A stretch of 64,000 nucleotides of DNA from Paraspadella gotoi (taxonomy: Eukaryota; Animalia; Chaetognatha). The stretch lies in NCBI GenBank assembly GCA_051294375.1, contig JBJCIZ010000239.1, positions 4,655,834 to 4,719,833 on the forward strand, in the 5' to 3' direction. This document shows, one piece after another, positions 37,346 through 49,873 of this stretch (positions are counted from its first letter, which is position 1; each line of letters opens with the position of its first letter). Both the position numbers and the translations under genes were made by a program. The notes below the pieces were generated by a model that was given only the letters and a program-made list of their open reading frames with translations, was not told the DNA's origin and did not search any database.

Positions 37346-39865
37346 CTGAATTCTATCGAAACGGCGGCAACCAATCAGAACATGCCACACACTTCCTCGG
37401 AAACTTGTACTTAAGTATATACTTTAATATATAATCGAAACTAGAGATGTCGCTGTGATCGCCAGAGAAACGGAATATCCTTGCGTTAGTAAGGGAACAA
37501 AAGAACAGTTGGGGAAAAGGTAGAGAAGCTGGAATTTCCTCGTAATATATTGATCATTATTACGTAACATTAAGTTTAAATACAAGATGTATTAATTAAT
37601 CAAATTAGTTAATTAATTAATAATTAATTAATCAGTTAATTAATCAATAAATTTGTTTATCTAATAATTAATTATTCAATAAATCAATCAATTTATTTAT
37701 CAATTAATTGTTTAATTAATCAACCAATCAATCAATCAATCAATCAAGTAAGTCAATCGTCAATCGTCGTCGTCGCTTTAAGTAAGTAAGTAAATAAAAA
37801 CAAACATTTCGGATCAAATTAATTAATTAATTTATTAATTGCCTAAATAATAAAATAATTAATTTATTTATTATTTGCATGATTAATTATTTAATTATGC
37901 AATTAATTAATTAGTATCGAATCCGCGAGACATACTAAAATCTAAACTTCATCCTTTCAAAAAATAACATTTCTTACCCAATTGTATTTATATTCTTCTA
38001 TTTATATTCTTCCCCATCAAAAAAAGAATCTTTAAACTCGTTCTCGCCCGCTCTTCATCGCCTTATCGCCTTACCTTACCTTATCTTAATTGACTTTTCC
38101 CCGATGCCGCCGGGTTCCCTGCTTCCCTACCTTTTCTTTCCCTTTCTTTCTCTCTAAATAATAAATAAAAATACTAATAATAATAATAATGATAATAAAC
38201 AATAAATAATAGGCTTCACTAACATTAACTTTTCAATGCCGTTTTCAATGCCGTGATTGAAAAAAAATTTTCTCGGTTTGGAAAAGTCGGTTAATTTCAT
38301 TGTCAAATATATTTTTTGGCCGGTAAATAGATTTTAATAGATAACATTACCTCCATGGAACTGAATATAAAAATTATTTCACAACAGCTTAAGATTTTTT
38401 AATGCAAAAGAGGTTGACTCCAACTGTTTTCACCTCTTTTTGATCAAGAGGTTTTCTCAAAATATTGTTATCATTATGTCTCTGACATGATAATTTTTAT
38501 CTGATTTGGTCCTTAGCAAGCAGTGAAAAAGATTGATCCCCTATAAAGTAAACAAGGCTAGAGTTGTTGCTGCATTGTTGTTGTTGTTGTTGTTGTTGTT
38601 GATGCATTGTCTTTCAGGTAAATGAAAATGAAAACTTTGCTCAAAGAAAGGTTACCCGGAGCCTTATAACTTTTATTGATACTTTACAATATAAAAAGAA
38701 TATTCTGGAGCAATGTATTTTTGATATCAGTCTTTTTTATCCCTGAATCTATTTTAATGGAGACGTTGCAATAACCTTTTGACATGAGACTGAGAAAAGG
38801 CAGGGATTTTTGACAGTAACGGTTTAACTCAAAAAGTAATAAAAAAGAACCGGAAATTAATATAAATGAAAAGTGTAGATATGAAAAAAATAAAAAAGAA
38901 GGAATCATTTTTTGAACAACTCATTTTCTTTTGCATGGAACTCTTGTATTTTTTGTCGTACATAAATAAAATACAGCTCACATGAATCCCAAGAAGCCAA
39001 ATTTCTTGATATTTAAATTTTATTTTTCGATTTTTACATTAAAATGTCGAAAAAAAGCTGGAAATTAACCGCTACAATTTTTTTTCATCACTTATGTCAC
39101 TTCTGATATCGTATTCAAGGCCGTTTTCAAAGTACTTTCTAATGTCATTACTGTCATCATTGATACGGCTTCTAATATCGTATTTTAACGCCGTTTTCAA
39201 TGCGTTTCTTATGTCATTCAATCCATGCCATTTGCTTTATGCTGTATCATATTAGTCTGACGAGTAAAAATATCACGTCAGATTATATTCTCGTTCTACT
39301 AATTAATGGACTCCTCTCTCATAATAGTTTTGATTACTTGTTTGATTACGTTCAGACATCATGATAATTTGACTTATTAATCAACTCATTGATCTGATGT
39401 TCGTTGATGGACGCATTAATGATTACCACGTAGCGACGCAGTCGCCCAAGCTGTCGATTGCATTGGAGGAGTAAAGAGCCTGATTTACCAACAAATAAAT
39501 ATAAATATAAATATAAGCAAGCGAGAAGGCAAGAAAAAAAGTAACTGTAGAAGACGAAAATAAAAAGAGATAAAAAAAGAAAGAAAGAAAGAAAGTCAAA
39601 AAAGTTACTGTCTTTAATTTGAGGTTAATAACTTTTATAATAATGAAAATATAAATGAATATTCAATCATTAAAACGATTTCCAGTGGGGGCCCACTCTA
39701 TTAATACAAGTAAGTATATTCCTAATTGACGCGACATCAACGTTTGCTATATACCAAGGAACTGGCTCATAATCAACCAAAGACATTTTCCAGCTATCAC
39801 AATCACAATCACAAAGAAAAGCATCGGTGCGATTTTTATTATTTTTTTAAAATAATTCATTGATA

Positions 39866-40540
39866 CATCTTGACCATTTGAAACCCGCCGCTATAAAAAA
39901 TATTTTAACATTTTTTAAAAAAAATTATGAAGACAAAACATATACATTTTTTATGTATACATTTTTTGATAATTGATTTTTTTTTAGTTTGTAATGAGCG
40001 AAAAAAGATAAGGAGTAATTTCAAGCTTTTCAATAAGAATTAAAGGGAAATTCGTTACTTGTAATTGATGGCTCTGTTAAGCAATCATAATCTTACTAAT
40101 TAGTGCTAAAGCCGGTTAAAAATTGATTATAATTTTTTTAAGAGTCATATACCTTGCTATTGAGTATTTTTAAAACTAAGATGGTTATTATTCTATATCT
40201 TTTAACTTTGACTGGGCTTTAAAAAGATATTTTTATGCTTCAGAATCAGAAATTATATCTAAATATACAGTTTATACAGTTTTTAAGAGCTTTCAGGCAA
40301 TATCAATTTGTTATCTTTTCAAAAACAGAAAGTAAGGCAACATTTTTTTCATTAAAAAAAATTTGGCTCTGGAGCAGGGAGATCATTTTGTAAGCTATCT
40401 TTTATCTCTTCCTAGTAAACCGAAAGAAATGATATCTATACATGCCTTAACTTTAAGTAGTTATTTTCAAAATGTTAAAATCTCTTTACGTTTTTGTTTG
40501 ATGAATTTTTTTTAGCGGCGGGTTTCAGATAGTCACCATG
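39866..40540. mobile_element. TA-flanked MITE (Tc1/mariner-like)
   Basis: TA|catcttgaccatttgaaacccgccgctataaaaaa versus ttttttagcggcgggtttcagatagtcaccatg|TA. Confidence 0.75.
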
Positions 40541-40541
40541 T

Positions 40542-41065
40542 AGTCGGATCTGCTTATCGTAGATTTCGATTCTATAACCCACTTGGACAATTCGTCGTTC
40601 CCACCGCGAAATATTGTCGTTAAATTATTTAGATGATATCAAAACATTGAATTTTGATAATTTATGAAAAAAAAGAAGTGCTGTGGACGAACATATAGTC
40701 TGTCTGTCTGTTTGTCTGTCTGCCTGTCTGTCAATTCGTCCTTCCGTCCGTCCGTCCCCAGTTAGCATTAAACTCAAATTACTCGTGATTGCATAGATGG
40801 ATTTGAATGGGTTTAAAGTTTTGATGGAATCGTACAAGTGGAAATCAGTTTAAATTAAAAAAAGTCACATTTAGTTGATTTTTTAAAATATTTATTCATA
40901 ATTATTCCAAATAATCATATTTAGATACATGAATTGAGATGAAATTTTGTGTGTGATTAGGAAAGTGTGTATTTGTACTGAAGAAAACGTTTTTATGGAA
41001 TTGTCCAAGTGGAAAAAAGTTTAAATAGAAAAAACCAAAATCACATTTTTAAAATTTTAAATTCT
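40542..41065 (+). mobile_element. Second HINE/DINE-1-like copy
   Basis: agtcggatctgcttatc start shared with 36456, gtctgtct/gtccgtcc tract, and repeated aagtggaaa..gtttaaa core (40837, 41007). Confidence 0.6.
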
Positions 41066-41071
41066 CTCTCT

Positions 41072-41119
<48 letters not shown>

Positions 41120-41440
41120 CCATCTATCTATCTCTCTCTATCTATCTCTCTCTATCTCTTTCTCTGACATAAAATGATTGATTGGCTGATTTATCATTAC
41201 GATGTTTGTTAATATGATTATTATTATGATTGATTGATTTTCATTAAATGAAAATTCAAAATTCTAATTCAAATATCTCTATTGCTTGAGGTCTTTCGTG
41301 AGACACCGTGACAGCCCTTTCACAAAAGCAAATAAAGCAGACTGTCTCCTTACTTGATCAACAGCTACAAAAACTGATCCTGGACGAAGATATCTTAAAA
41401 CACTATCGCAAATAGGCTATTAACTCAAAACTTTAAGATC

Positions 41441-44091
41441 ATGAATTTTCTTCCTTTATCACTGATTCTCAGCAGTGTCCTTAATATTTTTGACCTTGGG
41501 TCAGATGTACAAATTACAATCAATTATTTGCTTTCAACTCAAAACCTAATGAATAAAATAGGATGGGTACTCCTATTTATTCTGTTATTTCATGCTATGT
41601 CATCGGCAATTTATTGTAAAATTTGTTTTGCGAAAAACGGACAAAATTTTCCTCGGCTGCTGGGAAGCAAAAAGAGAAAAGTTGTGATATTTTTATTTGC
41701 GTTACTTGGATTGGCAGAGGTGCCATTGCTCATTGATTTTCATTTAGATGGCGCCTCTCTTGCACGGTTGGTCAAATTAATTTATCGTTACTTCAAATCA
41801 AGTATACAAGTTTTTATAACCTTGTACATTTCAAAATTACACGTATAAACTATTGTGTGCTACAATTGATTTCACAAGTTTTATAAATGTATAAACGTTT
41901 ATTCATGAGCACAAACATAAAATATTTATAGAATTATTTATCTCATAATTTTTTGATGGTTTTCTTTCCAAAAATTGTTTTGAAGTAATGATATATCATC
42001 ATTGTAAATAACGCACAGGATGGAGGATTTAAAAACTGTCAAACAAAATATGTTTATAAATCTAAATTTTATACATATTCTATTGGAATCGTTCCCTCAG
42101 CTTTTGATTCAAAGTGGGGCCACGATGATGTCCTGGATTTCAGCATCAAATGGAAAGCGCCAATCATTTTTTTTTTCAATACTAACATGATAAAGTTAAA
42201 ACAATGACTGAAAGTATAAAGAAAGCAAGAAATAAATAAAAAAAGCAAACGGCAGAAAAAATATGTATGTAGAGTTGTAGACTAAGTAAATTAAAGAAAA
42301 GGAAAAATAAAATAAAAACATAAAAAATAAATAAAGTCTTGTGGCAGCAAGACTTAAAGCTGCCTCACTGTTGTCCGTCCTCAGTCTCGTCTCAATGGCT
42401 GAGCAGGCTAATCCATCCGTGCGTCCCGGGTTCAATCCCTGGGTATCCCGGTTCTGGCTTAAACGTGACGGTGCCGGTATAAACATGCCAGTGACAGGAG
42501 GCGGTCACTGAGGGTCCGCAGCCCCTACGCCAGTTTGTGAGATACCCCGCGCCCCGGGTATCACAGGCTATCCTCCCGTTGCCATAGTCTCACGTTAAGC
42601 ATGTAAAAATGATTTAATTATTTAAAAAAAAAAACGCACAAAAATTGAACAAAGTAGAAAAAAAAGAAGTAAATTGGCGCTTTGTTGAAGAGTTGTGTAC
42701 ACCCTCATTTAAAAGTCGTGGTAAAAACAGAAATTTAAAAGTATTGGTGATGATGAACAATACATTGGTAAAAACCACCACGAAATGTGGTTGTGATTAT
42801 TACGGCGGCGTTTCTACAGGTAACCGACCTGGGCTCCGTGTAAAAATCACATGCAGTTGGCCAATTACATCATATAACACGTTACTGTCGATCGCCATGT
42901 CTACGATCAGTCTATCAAAAATGGCCGTACGTTACAGGCACTCGGAACAAGCTTGTTCACGGGTAACAAGCTTTGCTCGCATGGCAATCGGAATTTGCCA
43001 GGGCATCTATGGATCGACTTTTATCTTATATCTCCTCAACTTGAAATCGATTAATTTTTCTTATTGGTTCGGCATCCTGACTCCTTTGCTTCTTCTGAGA
43101 CTCTTCACTCCTTTTGAATTGTACGAAATCGCGAAGAACATAAAAAACGTCAATTTACTCTCCACGAAGAAAGTTCGAAAAATGAACCGCTTTCAACTGA
43201 CCACGTTACCAGTCATTAATTTTTTTCTCGTCTCGATGATATTTTACTTCGATAAGCAAAATAAGATTAGCAAAGTTATTTTTAACAAGAGGGACGGTGG
43301 GGATTTTCCAAATTTCGGAAAAATCATTCACCGGTTTTAAGATTATTCAGTTTCGGGACTTATGGTCATCGGAATGAAAGAACTTTTCAAATAAAAGGAT
43401 TTTTGAGCAACAAAGAACAATGGGTAAAAGCCATTTCCAATTTTTTACAAATTAACGAGGAGAAAGGGGATCCGTATTACGCGCAGATGGCAGTTTACGA
43501 CTTCAAAGTGGGCAATTATTTATTTCTGTCCCCTAATTATCCATTGATCTTGATACTTTTAATATGTGATTTTGCGTTGAATTTGAAATACGCTGTTGTC
43601 AATATACCCAGCGTCCAATTTTTTCGACATTGTCTTTTTATACTTATTTTAGTTTTTTTTAGCAGCATTGCTTATATCAATTTATATCATATGGTGAGGC
43701 ATATGAATATTTTACATCTTCGAAAGCATTTAGGTTCAAAAAGTAAAATGTATGCTCCATTTTCAACGTTGACTACACTACAGTCTAAATATTTCTTATT
43801 TACTGGAAAAAGACCGTTTAATGTTTCTGCTATTACTCAGAAAGAATGGAACAAAAAATTGATTAATTCTCACAAAGAAATTTTTGCTTTTGGGAGTCTT
43901 TTATCTAATTATTTTTTATAATTGCTGCTTTTATAGTTTCAATATTGTTTAATGAGTTGTTAAAAAAATTTTTGAACAGCAAAATAAGATGTTTAATAGG
44001 AGGTCTAATTTGTTTGTCAGGCTTTGGATTTACCTGGTTTTTAAAGCATTGGTCAGATGTTCTTCAACAAAAATACCTCGATTTATTTTAA
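41441..44091 (+). CDS. XK-related (Xkr/CED-8-like) multi-pass membrane protein with long C-terminal extension; frameshifted in this assembly
   Basis: Exon 1 41441-41766 has SSVLNIFDLGSDVQITINY (XK TM1 D-x-x-S/T-D pattern). GT-AG intron 41767-42018 is in phase. Exon 2 has HILLESFPQLLIQ (XK E-S-x-P-Q-L-x-x-Q motif). Exon 3 from 42691 has LLSIAMSTISLSK and further hydrophobic segments. Frameshifts in T-runs near 43337 and 43917. Coding-like fragments may continue to ~45200. Confidence 0.7.
42389..42634 (+). mobile_element. tRNA-derived SINE-like insertion in intron 2 of the XK-related gene
   Basis: A-box TGGCTGAGCAGG (42396-42407), B-box GGTTCAATCC (42429-42438), GC-rich body, A-rich tail. No clear TSD. 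Confidence 0.55.
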
Positions 44092-45616
44092 ATTGTGCAA
44101 TATTTCAGGAGCAGCCAATTATAATGATGACATCATATTTATGACGACATGATTATTTATGATTTTCTCTATTTGATATTAATCAATGAAAATACATTTA
44201 AAGTTTACTGCATTTTTTTTTAACATCGTTAAAATTACTGTCATCTATTCTAAACGGTCAGTCACGGTGTGGCAAAATACTGCTAAAAATAATTGTAATA
44301 TTATTTTTTTTGTTTTCATCTACTTTTTTTCAATTTATAAACTCTCCTCAAAACCCTTCTTATCACAACTTTCTTCGCGTATTTTCTACATTAGATGCAG
44401 TAAAAAACTTCAGAAATTTTGAAAACAAGAAGTGCTTCTGATTTTGATTTTGAAAAGTATACTCCAATGTATCGTTTAGTACAACAATTTAAAATACTGT
44501 TTCATCTTTGCCCTGGAGGATATTCCAGGGTGTCGAAGAAACACGTAGAAATCGTCAAAATCTCAATCAAAGAATTTTCCCAAATTTTTGAGGGATTTTT
44601 AGAGAGCATTAGGCCAAACATTTTTGACAAACATAACATATTGTTCTTAGTACTTTCGTTTTTCCCAGCAGTACTATTATTGTCATATGTTTAAAAATAA
44701 AAGGGGCAAAGAATAAAAACAATACGCACCAAAGTCCAAATACTACTAAATAATATTTTTTAATAACTCACATTTTCACTATTTTCTATTTACATAAGTT
44801 TATGCCCTTTGTTTCTTCTATTTTCTTCGTTTTTGTGAGCTCCTATATTTAACTAAACTTTTTTGAGAAATAAATATTAGCAGCGTATAATATCTCGGTT
44901 TTAATCTTAGAAATGAAAAAGGACTTGTCTTTGACCCATTATCTGATTTATTCTCTTTCTACCGCTCTAGCAATTGTCTCTTTAATTCCTTGTATAAACC
45001 CTCAGTAGAAGTTTTAATGCGTTTGTACCATACCAATTGGGTCACAATACTTATGTGTACACAAAAATAAAGTGAAAAAGAACCTTGTAAAAAGTAAATA
45101 TAGCAATAAATGATGGCATTATAAAAGTTTTTGGTTGGAGAGAGTAGGATCAGTAAGATCCTTATTTGAATATAATGATATTTAAAAAAAATTGCTTGAA
45201 AATCTAAAAACTTTTAACCATGCTATTTTCCTCTTAAAACATTATTCTAAAAATCTTGTCAACTTATTGTTAATTTCTTTATTTCCTTCTATTAATTTAA
45301 ATATTTATATATTGTTAAATTGTAAACTATACAATTTTGGTGTTTATCTATAATGCTGTATGCCCTTTTGAATGTACTGCTTCAACTAAACTTCAACTGA
45401 ACTTCAACGAATAAAACACATATACGTACCTTAAAAATAATTAAAACCTGAAATTTCTTTTAAAGTCTGACACAAAGTAGTAAGAGTATATAATGTATAA
45501 TTTACTAAATGATTTTTTACTTGTACTTTAGGTAAATCCTCAAAACAAGAGAACAAAAGAAATGGACTACTAGTAGTCGGGCATTGCCTAAGTTCACCCC
45601 GCCTATAGCATGACAC

Positions 45617-46834
45617 CGGTGGCTGTGGTATTCCTCCCACACGGGATTCCTCCCAACTGGATTCCTCCCACACGGGATTCCTCCCACGCGGGATTCCTCC
45701 CCATGGGATTCCTCCCTAACGGGATTCCTCCCACACGGGATTCCTCCCCGCGGGATTCTCCAGGAAATTCCTCCCCATAGAATTCCTCCCAAGCTTCCTC
45801 ACACGGGATTCCTCCCACAGAGAATTCCTCCCACGGATTCCTCCAGGGATCCTCCCGCGGGATTCCTCCACACGGGATTCCTCCCACGCGGATCCTCCAC
45901 ACGGGATCCCTCCCACGCGGGATTCCTCCCACACGGGATTCTCCCCGGATTTCCCCGGGATTCCTCCACACGGGATCTCCACGGGATTCCTCCCACCGGG
46001 ATTCCTCCACGCGGGATCCTCCACACGGATTCCTCCCACGCGGGATTCTCCCACACGGGATTCCTCCACGCGGGATTCCTCCCACCACGGATTCCACACG
46101 ATTCCCCACCGGGATTCCTCCAACAGGGATTCCTCCCACCGGGATTCCCACGGATTCCTCCACACTAATTTCCTCCAACACTGATTCCTCCCACACGGGA
46201 TTCCTCCCACACGGATTCTCACACGATTCCTCCCACACCGGGATTCCTCCCTTAAATTGTGATTAACTTTCATGTTGCATGTTCTTGTTTCAAGAAAAAA
46301 ATTGATTCATTAAAATAAATATTTTGTGTGTGGGTAGGAAAGTATGTGATAAAGCTGAATATAAATTTTTTGATGTAATCGTAGTTGTGGAAAAAGAGTT
46401 CAAATTAGAAAACCAAAAGAGAAAAGACACATTTATTTGAATTTTTAAAGTTTCTCTCTCTATCTCTCTCTGATTGATTGATTGATTGATTGACCAAATA
46501 AGCCAATTGACAAAATATGCCAGTTGACCAAATTCTGCAGGTTAACCAAATTATGCCATTGACCAAATTATGCCTGTTGACCAAATTATGGCCAGTTTAC
46601 CAAATTTTTGTCAGTTGACTAAAGTATGCCAGTTGACCAAATAATGCAAGTTGATTAAATTATGCAAGTTGACCAAGTTACTTATTACCACTTAATTATC
46701 GTAGGCAGATCGACATTGTTTGCTCAAACTTGTTTTTTTTTATTGGACGTGGGAGAATCCGCGTGGGAGGAATCCCGCGTGGGAGGAATCCCGTGTGGGA
46801 GGAATACCGCGTGGAGGAATCCGTTGGGAGGAAT
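45617..46834 (-). mobile_element. Independent, oppositely oriented and truncated copy of the CGGT..ACCG minisatellite foldback
   Basis: Starts cggtggctgtggtattcctcccacacggg, the reverse complement of 13297-13325. Array to ~46252, ttgaccaaattatgccag repeats 46490-46680, short inverted array 46750-46834, no second terminus. Confidence 0.85.
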
Positions 46835-47689
46835 AATTTAAATTTTTCTTTGTTGTACATTACATAATGTATTATTTTGTCTCTCCCTGTTTTTCTCTCT
46901 CTCTCTCTTCTCTCCTCTCTCCTTCTGTTCTCTCTCTCTCTCTTTCACAATTGACCATTTCACTTCTTTTCACAATGATTCTGTCCTCAACTCAAACTGT
47001 AACTCATTCTTTAACAACTATCTCTGTGTTGGAAACTTTTGGCCTCTCTCTCTCTCTCTCTCTTTCTCTCTCACTCTCTTCTTCTCTCTCCTTCTCCTTC
47101 TTTTACACAAATTTGTTAATGCATCATTACTGCTGATGAAGACTCGAAATGAAGAGTCGAAACATGTCCTTATACTAATAAAAAATCGTTGACAAAACAT
47201 TTCCAAACTTGGTTAAATGAATTTAGTTCATAACATTTTATTTTATTTATGAGTCCATTTAAACGTTAGTGTCTGTTAGTGTTTGTTTCTGTTGAATTTT
47301 AATAGTTTAGTTTTTACTTGCTTACTGTTTTCTAGTTTTATACACTGATACTGTTTTTGATTTTGTCATACTGTTTTTGGTAAATAAAAAAAAAAAAATA
47401 AAAAAATAAAAAAAAAGTTTGTAAGAGGAAGTCAGAATCGTCGAAAATCTTAAAAGGCGAGAATGTTGAAAAAAGGGAGAGGAATTTTGATTGTTTTTGG
47501 TAGATTTCTTCTAAAAATCTTATCTTATCCAAAAATATAAAAATATTATGAAAAAAGGTTTGAGATCAAATATCAGAATTTGGTTCTATGATATACTTTT
47601 TTCCTAGATAGTATGTTATCTATTTTTCATGTCCGGTCTTTTTTTTCGTTTATTTATTTATTTTCTTTTCTTTTCTCTCTCTAAAAACG

Positions 47690-47998
47690 AGCGACCCTCG
47701 GGGAAGAGATCAACGGATCGTTACCGCGGCCAGACGGCCCGACGGCTCCCGTGCCATGCCGGCTGTTTACCCGGCCCCCGAGCCTCGGCGGCTCGTTATC
47801 CGATCCCAGAAGCCGGCGCAGCCCCGACGGGCTCGTTCCGAGGTCGCGAAGGGTAAAAAGGCCTTCGAGAGGGGCACCTCAGTCGGGGTCAGGAGTCTGG
47901 GTCAAAGTGTGGGCCGCGGCGGGCGAGAGAAGGGCATAGAAAAAGAAAAGGGCCATAACGGCCGAATCGGCACGTTTAGGGGCCGTTGAGGCTTCGCT
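47690..47998. other. Isolated GC/CpG-rich island of unknown nature
   Basis: About 300 bp of strongly GC-rich unique sequence in AT-rich flanks. Only short ORFs with no recognised homology. Confidence 0.5.
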
Positions 47999-48077
47999 TT
48001 GCCAACAAGAAAACAGGCTGGTCATAAAAAAGGGGAGAAGAAAAAGGGTTTTTTTGAAAAGAAGAAAATGGTCGTTG

Positions 48078-48173
<96 letters not shown>

Positions 48174-48559
48174 CGTTTCCAAAACTCGTGTGGTTTTCAA
48201 AACAATTCGCAATTTGAGATATCAAACAACATTAAGTCTCAGAAGAAAAGTTAATTTCAACTTTGTTCATGAAAACATAAATTATTATTTTTCGGTTTAT
48301 TTCGTTTGAGTTCATTTTAAACCACTGACTTCTAAAATTTCTTGAAATTAGGAATACACACTGTTTTGAAAAAGAATTCCGTTCCATCTATTTCCGAGAA
48401 ATGAAAAAAAAAAGTTTTCGAATTAAGTTTTAAGTTTAGAAAGTAAAAGCAATAAAGTAAGTTAAGTAAGGTAAAGCATTAGATTATAATCATTAATGAA
48501 TGATTATTTTAACCATAAGTAGAATTTCTTTGTGTTTTTTTTCCTTCAGTTTTTTTCAT

Positions 48560-49030
48560 GCAAATCTAGTTTTACTGTCTTTTCTTTTTTCCCCTTTCTC
48601 CCCTTTCCTTTTATTTCCTTTTCCTTCATTTCCTTTTCTCTCCTTTTCCTCCCTTTCCTTTTATTTCATTTTCCTTCCTTTCATTTTCTTTCCTTTTCCT
48701 ACGCTTCCTTCTTTTTTCTTTTCCTCCCTTTCCTTTTCTTTCCTTTTCTTCCCTTTCTTTTTATTTTCCTTTCTTCCCTTTCCTTTTCTTTTCTTATCCT
48801 CCCTTTCATTTTCTTTCCTGTTCCCCCTTTTCCTTTTCTTTCTTCTTCCTCCCTTTCCTTTTCTTTCCTCCCTTTTTTCTTTCCTTTTCCTCCCTTTCCT
48901 TTTCTTTCCTTTTCTTTCCTTTCTTTTTCTTTCCCTTTCTTCCCTTTCCATTTTCCATTTCATTTTCTTTCCTGTTCCTCCTTTTCCTTTTCTTTCCTTT
49001 CCTCTCTTTCATTTTCTTTCCTTTTTTTTC
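48560..49030. repeat. Polypyrimidine (TTTCC-type) degenerate repeat
   Basis: Repeated cctttccttttct units. Confidence 0.85.
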
Positions 49031-49186
49031 TCCATCCTTCATCCAAACAGTTGGTTTCGATTCGCCGAACGCATCGCGAGAAGCCAACTTCCAATCTAAG
49101 AAGAAGCCTCACGCAGATTGTTTCTGGGGATTTTAAGATTTCCATTTTTGTCAATTTCCCTTGTGAGAAACGAGAAAAAAAAGAAG

Positions 49187-49270
<84 letters not shown>

Positions 49271-49802
49271 CAAGAGATGAGTTTCGCCCAAATTGACCTT
49301 CAGCTAAAAAAATTTCCTCTTTCATTCAGACAAGAAATTTGTTTTAAGCTTGGCACCAGGTTTGTTAATTGTAACAATCAATGGCTGAATGAACTTTGTA
49401 CAATTAACTAAGAGACTTTTAAAAAGCTTGGGTCGAAATAACCGACCAACAAATCAAACAATCAAGGCAACATAAACATTTGGATTTGCTAAATATTTTT
49501 TTCAACGTACATTTCTCAATCAATAAAATTTTAATTATCCATCATTAATTACAATTGATCGTCGTTTCGTAAGGAAAATACAAACAATCAAAAAATAAAC
49601 AGACAAAACAAAAATTATCTTAGAACAACACAATTTCACGTTTCTATAAAAAAAATTAAAATCAGCAAAAATTTTATTTCTTTCTTTTTTCTTTTTTTTT
49701 TGTGGGAAAAGAAAAAAGCAAAGGCGAAGATGGGAGGACATAAACCAGAGAGAAGAATAAAGATATAGCGAAAGTATAAAGAGAGACATAAAAACGAGAG
49801 AG

Positions 49803-49873
<71 letters not shown>

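Noticed and set aside
42389-42445. Functional tRNA gene
   Set aside because: The A-to-B box spacing is too short for a normal anticodon arm plus variable loop, and no convincing acceptor stem or T-run terminator is present.
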